Source: Klebsormidium nitens (taxonomy: Eukaryota; Plantae; Klebsormidiophyceae). From it: 40,764 nt of DNA. The position numbers and the translations under genes were made by a program. A model generated the notes under the pieces. The model worked only from the letters and a program-made list of their open reading frames with translations. It was not told where the DNA came from and made no database searches. The stretch lies in the NCBI GenBank assembly GCA_000708835.1, contig DF237668.1, forward strand, positions 1 through 40,764, read 5' to 3'. Shown one piece after another: positions 1-11,610 of the stretch; position 1 is the first letter of the stretch; the number at the start of each line of letters is the position of its first letter.

Positions 1-676
1 TGATCGTACGAGTCGGCGAATTGGCAAAAACACCCGCGGTGTTTTCCTGGCGACGGTACCGCCGCGACCCCTGCTGTACCGTCGCTCGAAACAAAAAACA
101 CCCGCTCTGTGTGTAAAGGCCCATACCGGTAATCGAGTTTGTCGGCACACCCGGTTGGACCGTCCTCTGGTCCGCCAGTCGTGCGAATCGTGCTGTATTT
201 TGCCGGTCGGTTATTGAATCAAGGGATGTCGCCAGGTGTCCTGGATTTCGCCGGTCGTACAAACTGCAGCATCCGACGGTTGCAAATGTTACACGACGGC
301 CGGTTACCATGTCCGGCACCCGACGTCACAGCACATGCGCCGGTCGTGCAATACGGTACGTCGGATACGACTTCTGTCACTCTCGACGGGTGAAATTTGA
401 TTTAAGTACCTCCCGCAGACTTCGCCGACGACTCTCAGAGCGAAGAAGTGCCACTCGACCGCGGAGACAATCTCTTAACCAATGATCTGCTGCCACGAGG
501 CTGAGCAACTCTTCTTAACAATTGCTCCGTTTCCGTTCTGCTTTGGAAACTCCAGTTCCGTTTGCATCGCGTCCGACGGAATGCACTGCAAAGTTCTGTC
601 TGCGTCTGTTCAGATTCTGAAACTTGAGAGCATGCAAATTTGAGATCTGTTGAAGCGCAAAAGTTTGCTGCCCGCC

Positions 677-3600
677 ATGGCTTCTAATGCAGCGATGTTG
701 TCAGGTGTGAACAGTGCGGGCCTCTTTCAAGGTGGTATGCTGCGCGATGCGCCAGTGCAATCTAGCCAAAGCTGCAGCTTTGTGAACGGCTGTCCGCTGC
801 TGCGTACTCCCACATCGGTCCAGAGGAAAGGAAGGGCAGGCACAGCATTTAGAGCACAAGGTGATTCAACGGTTCTTTGAACTTTGAGTACAATCTTTGC
901 CGAAGTTTGATCTAACGTTTTTTTTGGCAGATAGTTCCAACTTAGGTACGTCAGGTCTCTCTCTGCTTTCCTCAGAGTTGGACAGGGCGGTGAAAGGGGT
1001 GGCCCTGCGGAGATATAGTTGCCCTCATTGGATCTGGATATGTGAAGCCTATCTTGGTTACATATGTAAGAAAGACAAGTGCCGGAACTATGATCACAAT
1101 CGATGCGGCATCAGCAATAAATGGTGGCGAGTAATGCTGGCAAGAGGCTATTTGGAGGAGGGTATAGAGGGTCCTTGGGCGACACTTTCAGCATTAGAAT
1201 GAACGGATCACAGCTAGGGACATAGGGACGTGCGTAATTTCTTTGAGCAAGGCCCTTAGGAAACAAATTCCTGCTGGGTGTGGAATTGTTGCCTGCACGT
1301 AATTGTTCATTGACAATTCGAGAACGCCACCACTTAGAGTCATTGGAGTTATAAAGGGGCTTGTGCTGGATCACATGGAGAAGGATAAAGTGGCTGCCCA
1401 TCTTGATTGTGTTATGCACTTGTAAGGTTAAAAGAACCACAATGATACTTGTCAACAATCAAACGCTGTAACACACCAGGTCGAAGAGCGTTTACTTCAG
1501 AGCAGGATGCCTCTTCTGGGTCGCCCGACAAGCACACACACTGCCACACTGAAGCATTTCTGTTCCTCTCGTACAGGCAACGAGAGCGGTGTCTCGGTAG
1601 CTGAAAATGCTCGCAGTGCAGCCAAGAAAGCCAAGCGCTTCACACCCAGAGGGGATAAAGTGCTCGCCCTAGCAGCAGCATCAGTCCCATTACTGATGCG
1701 GCTGGGCAGCGGTGCGCTGGTGGCCGGGTAAGCTTTCTACAGCATGTCGAATATCTCAAACCAATAAAAAGTAGACAGAATGAATGATCAAAACAACTTA
1801 CTTGGGGACCAGCTATCGCCGAGAGGGAATCAGACTGAGCGATAGGTTACATTTCAAAGCTGCTTAAGCATGGGAGAAGTATTTGATCAGATGATGCGAA
1901 AATCCGCTTCGAGTTGTCTCAAAATTCCAGCGCTGTGCACTAAGAAGCTTCGTATGCAGGACGTACCTCTCTCATCGAGGAGCGGCATCTTTATGTGAAA
2001 GCTAATGCCAGGGATCTTGTTGCAATCATTCTATCATGCTCATGTCTCAAATGTCTCCGGCCAGCAATCTCTTCTCATTTGCTCAGGTTCACCAAGATGC
2101 CAACGTTTTTGTCAGACCACATCAGCTCTTTCCCAACATTGTGAGCCTCACTCGGAAAAGGCCATTCAAGGAAGGAGATCAAGGACAAAGAAAGAACAAG
2201 ATGAGCAAGCGTCGAGAACCCCTATCATTCCTCTGGCTGGGGCTAGCTTATATTACACACCGTTCTGTCTGTTTGTTACAGGTACTCGACTTCGTTGGAG
2301 AAAGACGATTCTGACCCGCAGTCAACTTACTCGCTCTTCCGGGTTGCAGGTGCGAGCTTCCGCTCACTTTGTAACCTTAGCTCCTACCGACAGGCGCATT
2401 TCAGCCACAGTTATTGAACGATTTAGTTGATGTCTTCAATCAGAAGGATCTTCAAGTTGTGGCTGAGACTGGTTCGGTCAGATTCTCTCCTACTAAACGA
2501 CAAAGAGAGTTTTCTGAATTCCCGATGCCAAGCGCTATGCCACAGAAATGTAGCCTACTCGAATCGAGCAAGGCGGACACTCCGACTTGCTCGTAGTGGC
2601 GCTTTGGAGGGCGCCTAAGCAAATTGTGCAACAGATCTCCCTTCGTTGAAAATTGCATGCGACTTGTTTGCCTCCCAAAGAACAAACGTCAACATTCCAT
2701 TTCAGCGCCGGTCTTACAATCTCCTTACTTTCATCCGTGCTGTTAGGCTCGCTCAGATGAAGACGTTGAACGGGGTCTTCAAGCCCAGGGCTTGGGTTCG
2801 ATGCTTGTCAAAATTGTTCAGAAGAATTTAGATTGTGGAAGTAGCCTCACAGAAGGTGCTGCATCTCTCTTGGTGTCCTTTGGAAGAATCGGGTCGGAAC
2901 AGTATTTTTTCATTGGATACCTCAGTCCTTATTAAAAAGGGGCGTAATCCAGTCGAGGCCAAAGTTTGGCGATTTTTAACAACTTCCTCCTTTGTACTCC
3001 AAACATCGTTGCTTGTCTCGCTCTGGAGCAATGAGATCCCGCACTTACTAACGCTGATCAAAGGAATCCGCAAATTCAGTTCCGGCCCCACGACTTGTGG
3101 AAAATTTCCCACCCAAACGCTGCCTGCAAAGCCCTACTCGTTGATTATCGAGTCTTAGAAGACACATTCTTTGCTTCTAGACGCTGACAAATGTTCCTAC
3201 ACAACTTCTTTCAGGCCGCCGTCTTTGTTGAAAACGGCGCCACCTGCAAAGCCGAACATCGTTGACAGTCTGATTATTGAACTCAAACAGATGCCATTGC
3301 CATTGCCTTTCAGGCCGCCGCTTTGTGGAGAAAGGCGCCGCTCACACGCTGCCTGCAAAGCCGATCGAGATCTACGAGTTCGAGGGCTGCCCCTTCTGCC
3401 GCAAAGTGCGGGAGGCCGTCACCTTCCTGGATCTGGACGTCCTGTTCTTTCCCACGCCGCAGGACGGTCCGACATACCGTCCGAAGGCCATCGAGCTGGG
3501 GGGCAAGAAGCAGTTCCCGTACATGGTGAGAGAACGCGGTCTTTTTTGTCCTCGACGATGTCGTGTTCGTTGTCTGGGTGAATATAGTACGGTAATGTCC

Positions 3601-5729
3601 GAAGGTCGACGGAGTTGGAAGCAAGAACCACTTACTTGCGAATCCGAAAGAGCGGGATCCTCTGCTGCGGAAAGATGTGATAATGGTATTTACGATCTTG
3701 GTTATATTAGGGTCTTGACTTTTCGTCTTGCTCCGCAAGACCTCCCTGCCATCCATTCCCCTTCCCAGTTCTTCGACCTCATATCCTTTTTTACGCGAAA
3801 GTCTTCTCGCAATCGAGTCTTCGTCGTCTGCCTAACGCGGTTTTCTTGGCCCGTTACCCAGATTGACCCTAACACGGGTTACTCCATGTACGAATCGGAC
3901 GAGATCATCAGCTATCTGTCGCGAACGTACGGCGACGGGAAGATGGCGTTTCAGCTCAAGCTTGGGCCGCTGACCAGTCTTACGGCGGGGCTGGCGATGC
4001 TACCAAGACTGGGCAAAGTGAGCTGGACCTTTTTTAAACAACGATAACTGAACTTCAGCTCTGACAGGGGCATAAGTGGTCGGAGTTCCTCCTTACGGCA
4101 ACAGCTATTTGGTCGCCAGACAACTGAATAGCGGGACGAGTAAACAGCCGTTGTACCGGAGCTTGCCGCCTGGGGTGCATGGGCCTGTGGTCAGGAGTGC
4201 GCTTTGTTGTATGCATATGTACTCCAATTATGTTTCCCTAAAAAACATTGTTAATGAGCTGTTCCCCACCGCTTCCGCTGCAGGGGTCATCGTACCGGCC
4301 AGCAAAGAAGCCAGCCAAGCCTCTGGAGTTGTGGGCCTATGAGGTAAGCCCATCGGAACAATCTTCTCGGGTCTGCAGGGTAGGAGGCTTGATTCTTAGC
4401 GCTGCAGTTCCGCATCTGTGTGTGACGGATACGACGCTTAACGACAATTTGTGCTTGTTCGGGCCTGCGAGGCCTCTCAGCAAGCCTTTTCGCAGTTTTG
4501 GTTCGACCAGCCGCTTCACACCTGGACTTATCTCAAATGCTTAACGATAGCTCTCGTTTTGTGCAATTTACCACTTTCGGAACTTCCGTTCTGCTTAGCC
4601 CGACACGTTACGTTAAAGCTGTGCTACGACGGTAAAATGCTCCTCGTTGCGTCCTCAATGCCCTTCCTTGTCTCCCTATACAAAGTCGGGTGGAAGGTAG
4701 ACAAAGCAAGAACCGCCCTGAAAATTCCCTCCGACGGCTCACGCACCATCGTCAGAACTCCTTCTTGTGGGGCAACAGGGACGCACATACTTGAAGTCTG
4801 AAGTCGACTTTCGAGCACATGTCCGATCGTGATGCCATAGAAGTAGAGAGGAGAAAGGGATAAGCTACTCGTTCGGACGTCAGCAGGCGTCTCCTTTCTG
4901 CAAGATCAAAGCACAGATCAGGGCAAAGCAGTCCGCTCAAGTCGAGAGGAAGGTGTCCGTCCGGACGCCCCTTTTGAAGAAGGAAGAGGGAGAAACAATT
5001 CATTAAGAAACAAACTGAGCCGGTTGTTCGGACGTCCGCAGGCGTCGCCGTTCTGCAAGATCGTCCGCGAGGTCCTGGTGGAGCTGGAGCTGCCCCACGT
5101 GTACCACTCGTGCGCGCGCGGGAGCGCCAAGCGCCAGGAGCTTTTCGACCGGACCGGTATCTTCCAGGTACGGACCGTGGCCTGAGGAAGTGTTGCTAAT
5201 TTCGTTCTGCTTTTCCGTCTGGATGACCACAATAACGTGGGTTCTCAGACTTCATGGGTATCTGATTAAGCGTGACCAGAATCAGAAGACCTCTCGCTTT
5301 CCCTGTGGAAGACACGTGGCCTTTCTCGGAGCCACGTGGGCTCATGCTTTTCTACTCAGACCGGCCTTATACCCAAACCCCTTTCTTGGCGCGTTTGCGA
5401 CTTTGGGTGCCCACAAGATCAGCAACGCGGACAGGTTTGGAGGAGCAAAGGGATGCCCTCTGCGGGGTCGCTTTCGAGGAAGAAGATGACAAGAAAATGT
5501 TTCGAATGAGTCGTTTGTTCTTTGCATAACAAGGCCTTCTGCGGGCTTTCCCGGTTGTGGCTCAGAGGCGGCTAGGAAATGGACATCGGTCGGCGAATCT
5601 CAAGTTTTGCTTTGCCTTGTCCTTCTTTTGCAGGCGCCTTACTTAGAAGACCCCAACACCGGGGCTGCCATGTTTGAATCAGGCGACATCATTGACTATC
5701 TTGAGAAGGAGTACGCGTTGGTAACATAA
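677..5729 (+). CDS. Chloroplast-targeted protein with two tandem GST-N/glutaredoxin-like domains (At5g03880/At4g10000-like, GST2N class)
   Basis: Exons 677-860, 931-945 (micro-exon, tentative), 1577-1727, 2282-2349, 3314-3525, 3862-4017, 4284-4343, 5042-5167, 5634-5729, all GT-AG and phase-compatible. The N-terminus is Ser/Ala/Arg-rich and transit-peptide-like. Domain 1 reads KPIEIYEFEGCPFCRKVRE...QFPYMIDPNTGYSMYESDEII; domain 2 reads KPLELWAYEASPFCKIVRE...APYLEDPNTGAAMFESGDII. Family assigned from recalled similarity to the Arabidopsis protein. Confidence 0.9.
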
Positions 5730-7036
5730 CACACCTATGGTCCTACTTTCTTGCGTTTTCGTTGACTTGTTGGATAAACGGACATCAGATTGATCTTACA
5801 GAAATCGGGAATCTGACGAGTTGATAGAAGGTTTTTTTGACAAACGCTGTCCCTGAAATTGCTAAATGGTGACCGTCATTTGCCCCTGAGACAATCCCAT
5901 CTTTCAGGCAGTCTAGCCTACTATCTATCCTCAGTGTGGATAACTTGCTGCCACTCCCGTCCGCACAAAGCACATCTCAAAGCACATCCTCCGATATAAG
6001 GCTCATGCTCGACTGTGGCCTCCGAGTGGTCAGCCTGTCGGATTGACTTTGGGTCTACGGGATCTAGCTGCCACTGTTCGTGTGCTGAATATTAGACCGT
6101 CACTCAACCTTGAGGCTAGGCATCCTATAAGTTGTCCAGCTCGTTTTCGGCACCTAGTCGGGATGCTTAATTGGTCGTCGTAATGGACCGTTCTGTGATC
6201 CGCGACGCTTGTGGCTCAGCTTCTTTGTGCACTGAGTGCGTTACTGCATGCCTGACGAGCATGCATAAGGAATTGATTGAGAAACGACTGACTCAAGCTA
6301 GCTAGGTAGGCCGCACGGTGTGCACGTGCATGTGCGCTCAACTCTCCGCGTTCCATGCCAGACGACCGGGTTACACTTTCGGCTAAGCTGTACCGTCATG
6401 AGCATATTGGCTAGCGCTCTCATGCATTTATAATAACTATGTGTTGCAGCTCATGTCCGGTCGCGCAATGGACGAAGTACTGGCAGGCGCGGCGGCAACC
6501 TACATAAACTGCACTTATCTAGCATGCTGTTACTGATTCATTAATTTGCAATATTCACTATCTTTTATTGTGATCTACGGTATCATGACCGGACGGTGCC
6601 GCAAGTCAACACAATACGTCCCCTGTTGCCTGACATCATGCTTGCATCACAGCAAAACTCGAAGCTAGCATTTCCATGTCCAGATGCACTGGCATTACTG
6701 ATGCATGTCCTCTAACTTATCAGGACGAACACCTTACTCAACGTGAGGCTGCTAGCTAGAGCTCCTTCACCAATTTTCTGCTTTCTTGAATCATCACCTC
6801 TGGAGTTCTAGCGAACTTACAGAGTATCATCAAAACCTGGGGTCCAGATCGTCAAATAACGTTAGTCAAAGGTCGCCTTTGATTAAACATTGTCCTGTGA
6901 CGATTGGGACACCCTAACTTACGATCAGTAATCAAACACCTGAAGCATAGAGCGACACTATCCCTCACCATTCTAGACGTGATAAAGTCCTGTTTTGAAG
7001 GGCCAAGCTTGATCCCTCCTGACCAGAAGAAAACAG

Positions 7037-9379
7037 TTAATCTAACCTACATATCAAGTGGTCATGACACGTGTCCAGGTTCCAGTCGTACCTCAGCCTC
7101 TGTATGTCCTGCGAAAAAGTCGAGTAGAAGCTCGAGATGTAGATGGTAGCCATCGCGCAAATCGTCTTTTCAACTACTGAATACACCATCTCGTCGTTGG
7201 GCGGCAGCCCTTGGTACCACCTATGCTTATGCACTTCCGTGATACGCGGTATTCGGATCACGGTTTTTCCGCCTCCCCGCAAGAGCTCCTTGAGCAACTC
7301 AATTTCTTCCGCAGTCGCGTCGGTTGCGACGAAAAGCAACGACAGCCCCTTTGCTTCTAACGCTCGGTCTAGGCATTTCGCTAGCTGGGGAATGGAGAGC
7401 GTGAAGCAGCCTGGGTCTCCGTATTGGCAGTCCATCTTGGTGTCTAGAGTGAGGTGGTCGATGAAGTCGTTACGACGGAGGTGGATCGCAGCGAACTTCT
7501 CGCCGGTGTAGCCCGCTATGAAGCGTTTAGCGGCGAGCATGATTGCGGGGGTGGGCTGAAAGAAGGACCCGTTGCACCTGCGCAAGATTGAAAGGAAGGT
7601 CTGATCAAACGTCTGTATGGAATTCAGTCAAAAGTTTGCCTTCCATCAGGCAGAAACGGTGTAAGGGGTGTCATCAGGATTCTGGTGGGAGACAGATCAA
7701 TCTTTGCCCGTCTCCAGGCAGACTCTGCTTACCTCTAGGCAACTTCGAAAATGCTACCACGGTCGAGATCGCAGTTGTTGTTTCCTTTCCATAGCGTTGA
7801 GCGCAGAAAAGATCCTGATGCGCAGGCAAGCCCTATCTAATCTGAGCTCTGCAGCTTGACAGATAGAACACCCACGCAGCTCTCCTGCCTCCTCCTTTTT
7901 CAACTTTTCCTGCTGCAGGACAATGGAACAGAAACGTGCTTCTCAATTCTGTGGGCTTGGATAGAGCTTTCAACGACGCTTGTCTTTGGCCGAAACGGAA
8001 AGATGACAGCGCAAGGAACCCCATGTACTATATTACTATCTGGGTATTCGGCGCTAGTTGCCCACAATCATGGTGGGGCAGCCTTGATTTCAAAGACAAA
8101 TACTTGGTCTCCAAAGAGTAAGCAGGATCTGTATTACAGAGCGATGTCCATCCCAAACCAGTCATTGACAGACTAGCAGGACTTTTCTCCACGAGTAATG
8201 TGACAGATCCGGTTGTTCTGACCCAAAGCTCCTGACTTTGAGGCCTCACATTTGCCACGGCGTTAGTGAAGCAAAGAAATGGAAAGAGGAGGTGCTGCGA
8301 CGTGACCGAGACACGAGCACAGGCCAAGGGGAAAGAACAAAATGGGAAGAAGGTAACCAGAGAGGGAACACGCGAATGGCTCACGTGCGCGTCACGGGCG
8401 TGTACGGCCAACTGGGACGCATTTGCCCGTTGTTCCACACGTGCGGGATGTTGTTGTGCGTCCCCAAGACCCATACCACGTCCGGATCGCCTGCCTGCCT
8501 CAGGCTTTGCACTAGCTCGTCTTCCGGGAGTGCGTTCGTGACGTTTACCCAGCCCTTGAAATCCACGTTGATGTCATAGTTCTCGGCCCCGTGTTGGATT
8601 GCCCACCCACACGGCTGCTTCAACTTCGTCGGATCTGCTATTGGCGACTCAAAGCAGAGCCCGGCGGCTGCAATCGGCCCGGGATGCTCCTTCCGGAAAG
8701 CGTCCCAAGTGAGAGCAGCATCTCCGGTCGCCGCGCACGAAGCCATGAAGTCGACGTCGATGACCGACGCCAAGTCGAACGTGATCCACTCGTCTCCCCC
8801 CTGGTGCGGCAGAATCATGCCTGGCCAGGGAAGGAGCACCATTCTCCGTCCCAGCATTGCTGCGATCTGCACCAGGAACGTGATGCAGAGCATCCGGTTC
8901 GAGTATCCGCCATCGTAACACGCCGCGAGCATGAACTTCTCTCTCCGGGGGGTCCACTTCACCAGGGGAAACTCGTCTTCCTGATACCCCTCCCAGTCCC
9001 CGTGGTGGCATTTCGTGAACGAGGGGGGGTATGCTGACGACAGCACCCCGCGCCGCTCGGTGGAAAGAGTGTTCCCCTCTAGTTGCTGCGTAAGCCCTGC
9101 CGAGAGCTGCGTCTCTTGCGCCGCCAACCGTTCCCTTAGGACGCGCCCCTGGCGCTGCATGTTTTCTGACAATGCGATAGCTTTTGCGAGCAACTCGGCG
9201 GCGCTCCCTTCATACTTGTCCCCACCAAACATGAGGTCATCGCCTGGGAAGGACCTAGTGCGCGTGTCACTGGCAAAGAGCGCCTGGGGGGGCGTCTGGT
9301 AAAGAAGCAGCAGCCCCACGGGTATCAAGAGGAGGGCAATGAGAGCCGTTGGGGAGAGCCTACGCTTATTAGAGGCCAT
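7037..9379 (-). CDS. GDP-fucose protein O-fucosyltransferase-like (O-FucT/GT68, POFUT2-like), type II membrane protein
   Basis: Two exons, 9379-8385 and 7577-7037, joined by a phase-2 GT-AG intron. N-terminal TM (LIALLLIPVGLLLLY) and helical stem, then GGYSNR, AIHLRRNDF, LFVATDA and EKTICAMA..SSFYSTFSQDIQRLR motifs typical of GT-B fucosyltransferases. ATG 9379 chosen because the track's 9397 start is a TTG. Confidence 0.85.
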
Positions 9380-9902
9380 GGTCAGGGCGGCATCCAAGTG
9401 CGGGTTAGTGGGCGATCTAAGGCTAGTGGTTACAGATGGTACCTATTCTAGATCTGGATTACTTCCTCAAACCACTGGTGTCATGACTCAGAAGGCGCTT
9501 GGCAAATGACGACAGGGACAAGGTGCCTCAAACAAGACCTTGGAGTTTTGAAAACCTCGTGCCCTTCAAAACTCCGCTTTTGGAGAGCAGTTGCTCATTG
9601 TGTGACTTGCATTGTGCTATTTCAGAAAAACCTTGCTCAAACCCTTTGCTTGATTATGTATCGCAGCTCGCGAGCTGCAAATGTGGGTGCGAGACGGCTT
9701 TCAAACATAGATCCCGGGGGCCAGCAATGGCCTCCTTGGCAGCAAATTGATCCAATTCCCAGGCGCTTAAGAATGTGCCCAGAGCATCAAGGTGCACACA
9801 GGCCGGTAGGACTACTCGTAGTGAGCGCTCTCCATGAGCTGTCCTTCCAAAGACCTTGCAACGTATTTTGTGGGAACGTGCCACCATTGGCATCCGACAT
9901 AA

Positions 9903-10454
9903 GGGTATCGTCATTTTGTAACTGGCACCCCCCCATTCATAAATCGACCCTTTTTTTCGAAGCCGCCTTACCAGGACCCCCTAGTGGCCCGTTCGGGGCA
10001 CCAAGCCACAAGCCCCCCCCCCTCCCTGGGTTGCTGGCTACAGAAACTCCTTGGGCCCCGGAGCCCAGATTTTTGCTACCAATATTTGGAGTTTTCTGCG
10101 AATTTAGATTTTAACAAAATTAAGACCTGATCTATGAGGTGTCTACTGTTCTGAGAACTTCTGTGGATTCTGCTCAGGAACGGCTTACAACAGGCAAACT
10201 TTTTGGTCGTACTGCTGGTTTTACAGGTGCGAATATGTATGTTTATGTGGGCCGGTAACTTGTGACTAATCCAGCTCCTGGCCGGCCTAGTTGGGCCTTC
10301 CGCCCAAGCCCCAAGCCCCCCCCCCCCTCCGCCCAGGGAGCTTGGTTATCCTCGTAACCACCCCCCTTGGATGGCTTCAGCCCATCAGTCAGGCCTCTAG
10401 TGGGTACCCCCTAAATATGAATGGGGGGGTACCAGGTACAAAATGACGGTACCC
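9903..10454. mobile_element. PIF/Harbinger-type (Tourist-like) MITE, 552 bp
   Basis: 39-bp TIRs with 3 mismatches: GGGTATCGTCATTTTGTAACTGGCACCCCCCCATTCATA at 9903-9941 vs the reverse complement of 10416-10454. TAA target-site duplication at 9900-9902 and 10455-10457. No transposase ORF. Confidence 0.85.
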
Positions 10455-10679
10455 TAATGCACCATGACTCGCGAAAGTCGACTGTCGAAGCAAAGCAGGG
10501 GGCCCGGGGGTTGCCCACGCAACCGGATCTCCGCAACCGGGAAACTTTAATGAAGCCTATTGTACGCGAGTGCGGCCTATAAAATTTTGATAATAAATTC
10601 ACGTATAAGTTTGAAATGACTGCACAGATTTACCCCCTGGTTTTGTGAAAGATCTTAAAAGTTGCGCGCGTGTGCAACG

Positions 10680-11022
10680 CTGTACTGTATGGTATATGTA
10701 TTGTATGTATATGTACTGTCGAAACCCCCCTCCCCCGACGTAACGTCAAGCATATAACAGATAGTATGCATACTCGACTGGCACGTTCAGACTGCGTAAC
10801 GTCCTAGGGCGACCCGAAACCAGTCTGCGGCCCTTCAACAGACTGCCGAAGATAACGCGATAGAGTGACTTCTGTTACAGAGTGTACACAAGAAGAGCGT
10901 ACATGGTGTACTCTTGACACGTGGCCTGACTCTAGGAAAAATGCGGAATGCTCTCTAGCGGGACTCGAACCGTCGACCCTTCGCTGTCAATTCAACGCTC
11001 CTACCATTTCGGCCAATAACAA
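10680..11022 (-). mobile_element. tRNA-derived SINE-like element or tRNA pseudogene
   Basis: Minus strand has a Pol III A-box-like TGGCCGAAATGG (11015-11004) and a B-box GGTTCGAGTCC (10971-10961) at tRNA-like spacing, but no cloverleaf. A TACA-rich simple-repeat tail lies at ~10680-10715. Boundaries are approximate. Confidence 0.45.
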
Positions 11023-11402
11023 ACCATCTCACAAAATGTGAATCACAAAATATACACACAATACAAGAAGCCACGAGAGCAGATTGAAACCGTCGATTGA
11101 CATCGACGGTTCACGCCGCTCAAGGGTTCACCTAATGCATTCTCCGACTGCAAAACGTACGCGTATTCCGTGTACATGTGCAGTACTCCATTATCTTGCA
11201 AAATGTACAGACTTGATGTGTAAATGCGCCCTTTGCAGCCAAATCTCTCCCTCCTTTCAGTCTGCCCCGCCTCTTATCTTAGTCTGCCCTCTTATGTTCC
11301 CTTATCTGCCTATTCCCACTTTTCTCGCCTCTCCGTTCTCCCGGCGTTTGGAGCATGTCCCCGGTTAACGAAAGGTCACAGGACCCGTTGCCGCCTTCGG
11401 CG

Positions 11403-11610
11403 AAGTGCTTGCCACGAACCGGTGCACGGCGGTGCTGGACCTGGCCGGCAGAAATGATGGATGCACCGGTGCCTGGATAGCCGGCAGAAAATGCTGGGCG
11501 CCTATGTAGGCAGAACCGGCGTCCGGTGCTTTAGCCCGTGTGGCCAGCCGGTAGAAGTGTAGGTGGGCCGGTAGACAGCCGGCACCGGTGAAAGTTGGTG
11601 GCAAGCCCTG
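11403..11610. mobile_element. hAT-type MITE, copy 1 (208 bp)
   Basis: 17-bp imperfect TIRs (AAGTGCTTGCCACGAAC / CAGGGCTTGCCACCAAC). 8-bp TSD CTTCGGCG (11395-11402) / CTTCCGCG (11611-11618) with 1 mismatch. About 10 internal CCGG motifs. A related copy lies at 40145-40368. Confidence 0.8.

Noticed and set aside
1111-1458. 115-aa antisense ORF in a GST-N intron as a retroelement fragment
   Set aside because: No recognisable RT, RNase H, integrase or endonuclease motif.
9506-10114. 202-aa ORF
   Set aside because: TTG/non-ATG-type start region, runs into the Tourist MITE, and has no domain signal or coding-like codon bias.
10950-11022. Functional tRNA gene
   Set aside because: A and B boxes are present, but the acceptor and T stems do not pair, so it is treated as SINE-like or a pseudogene.
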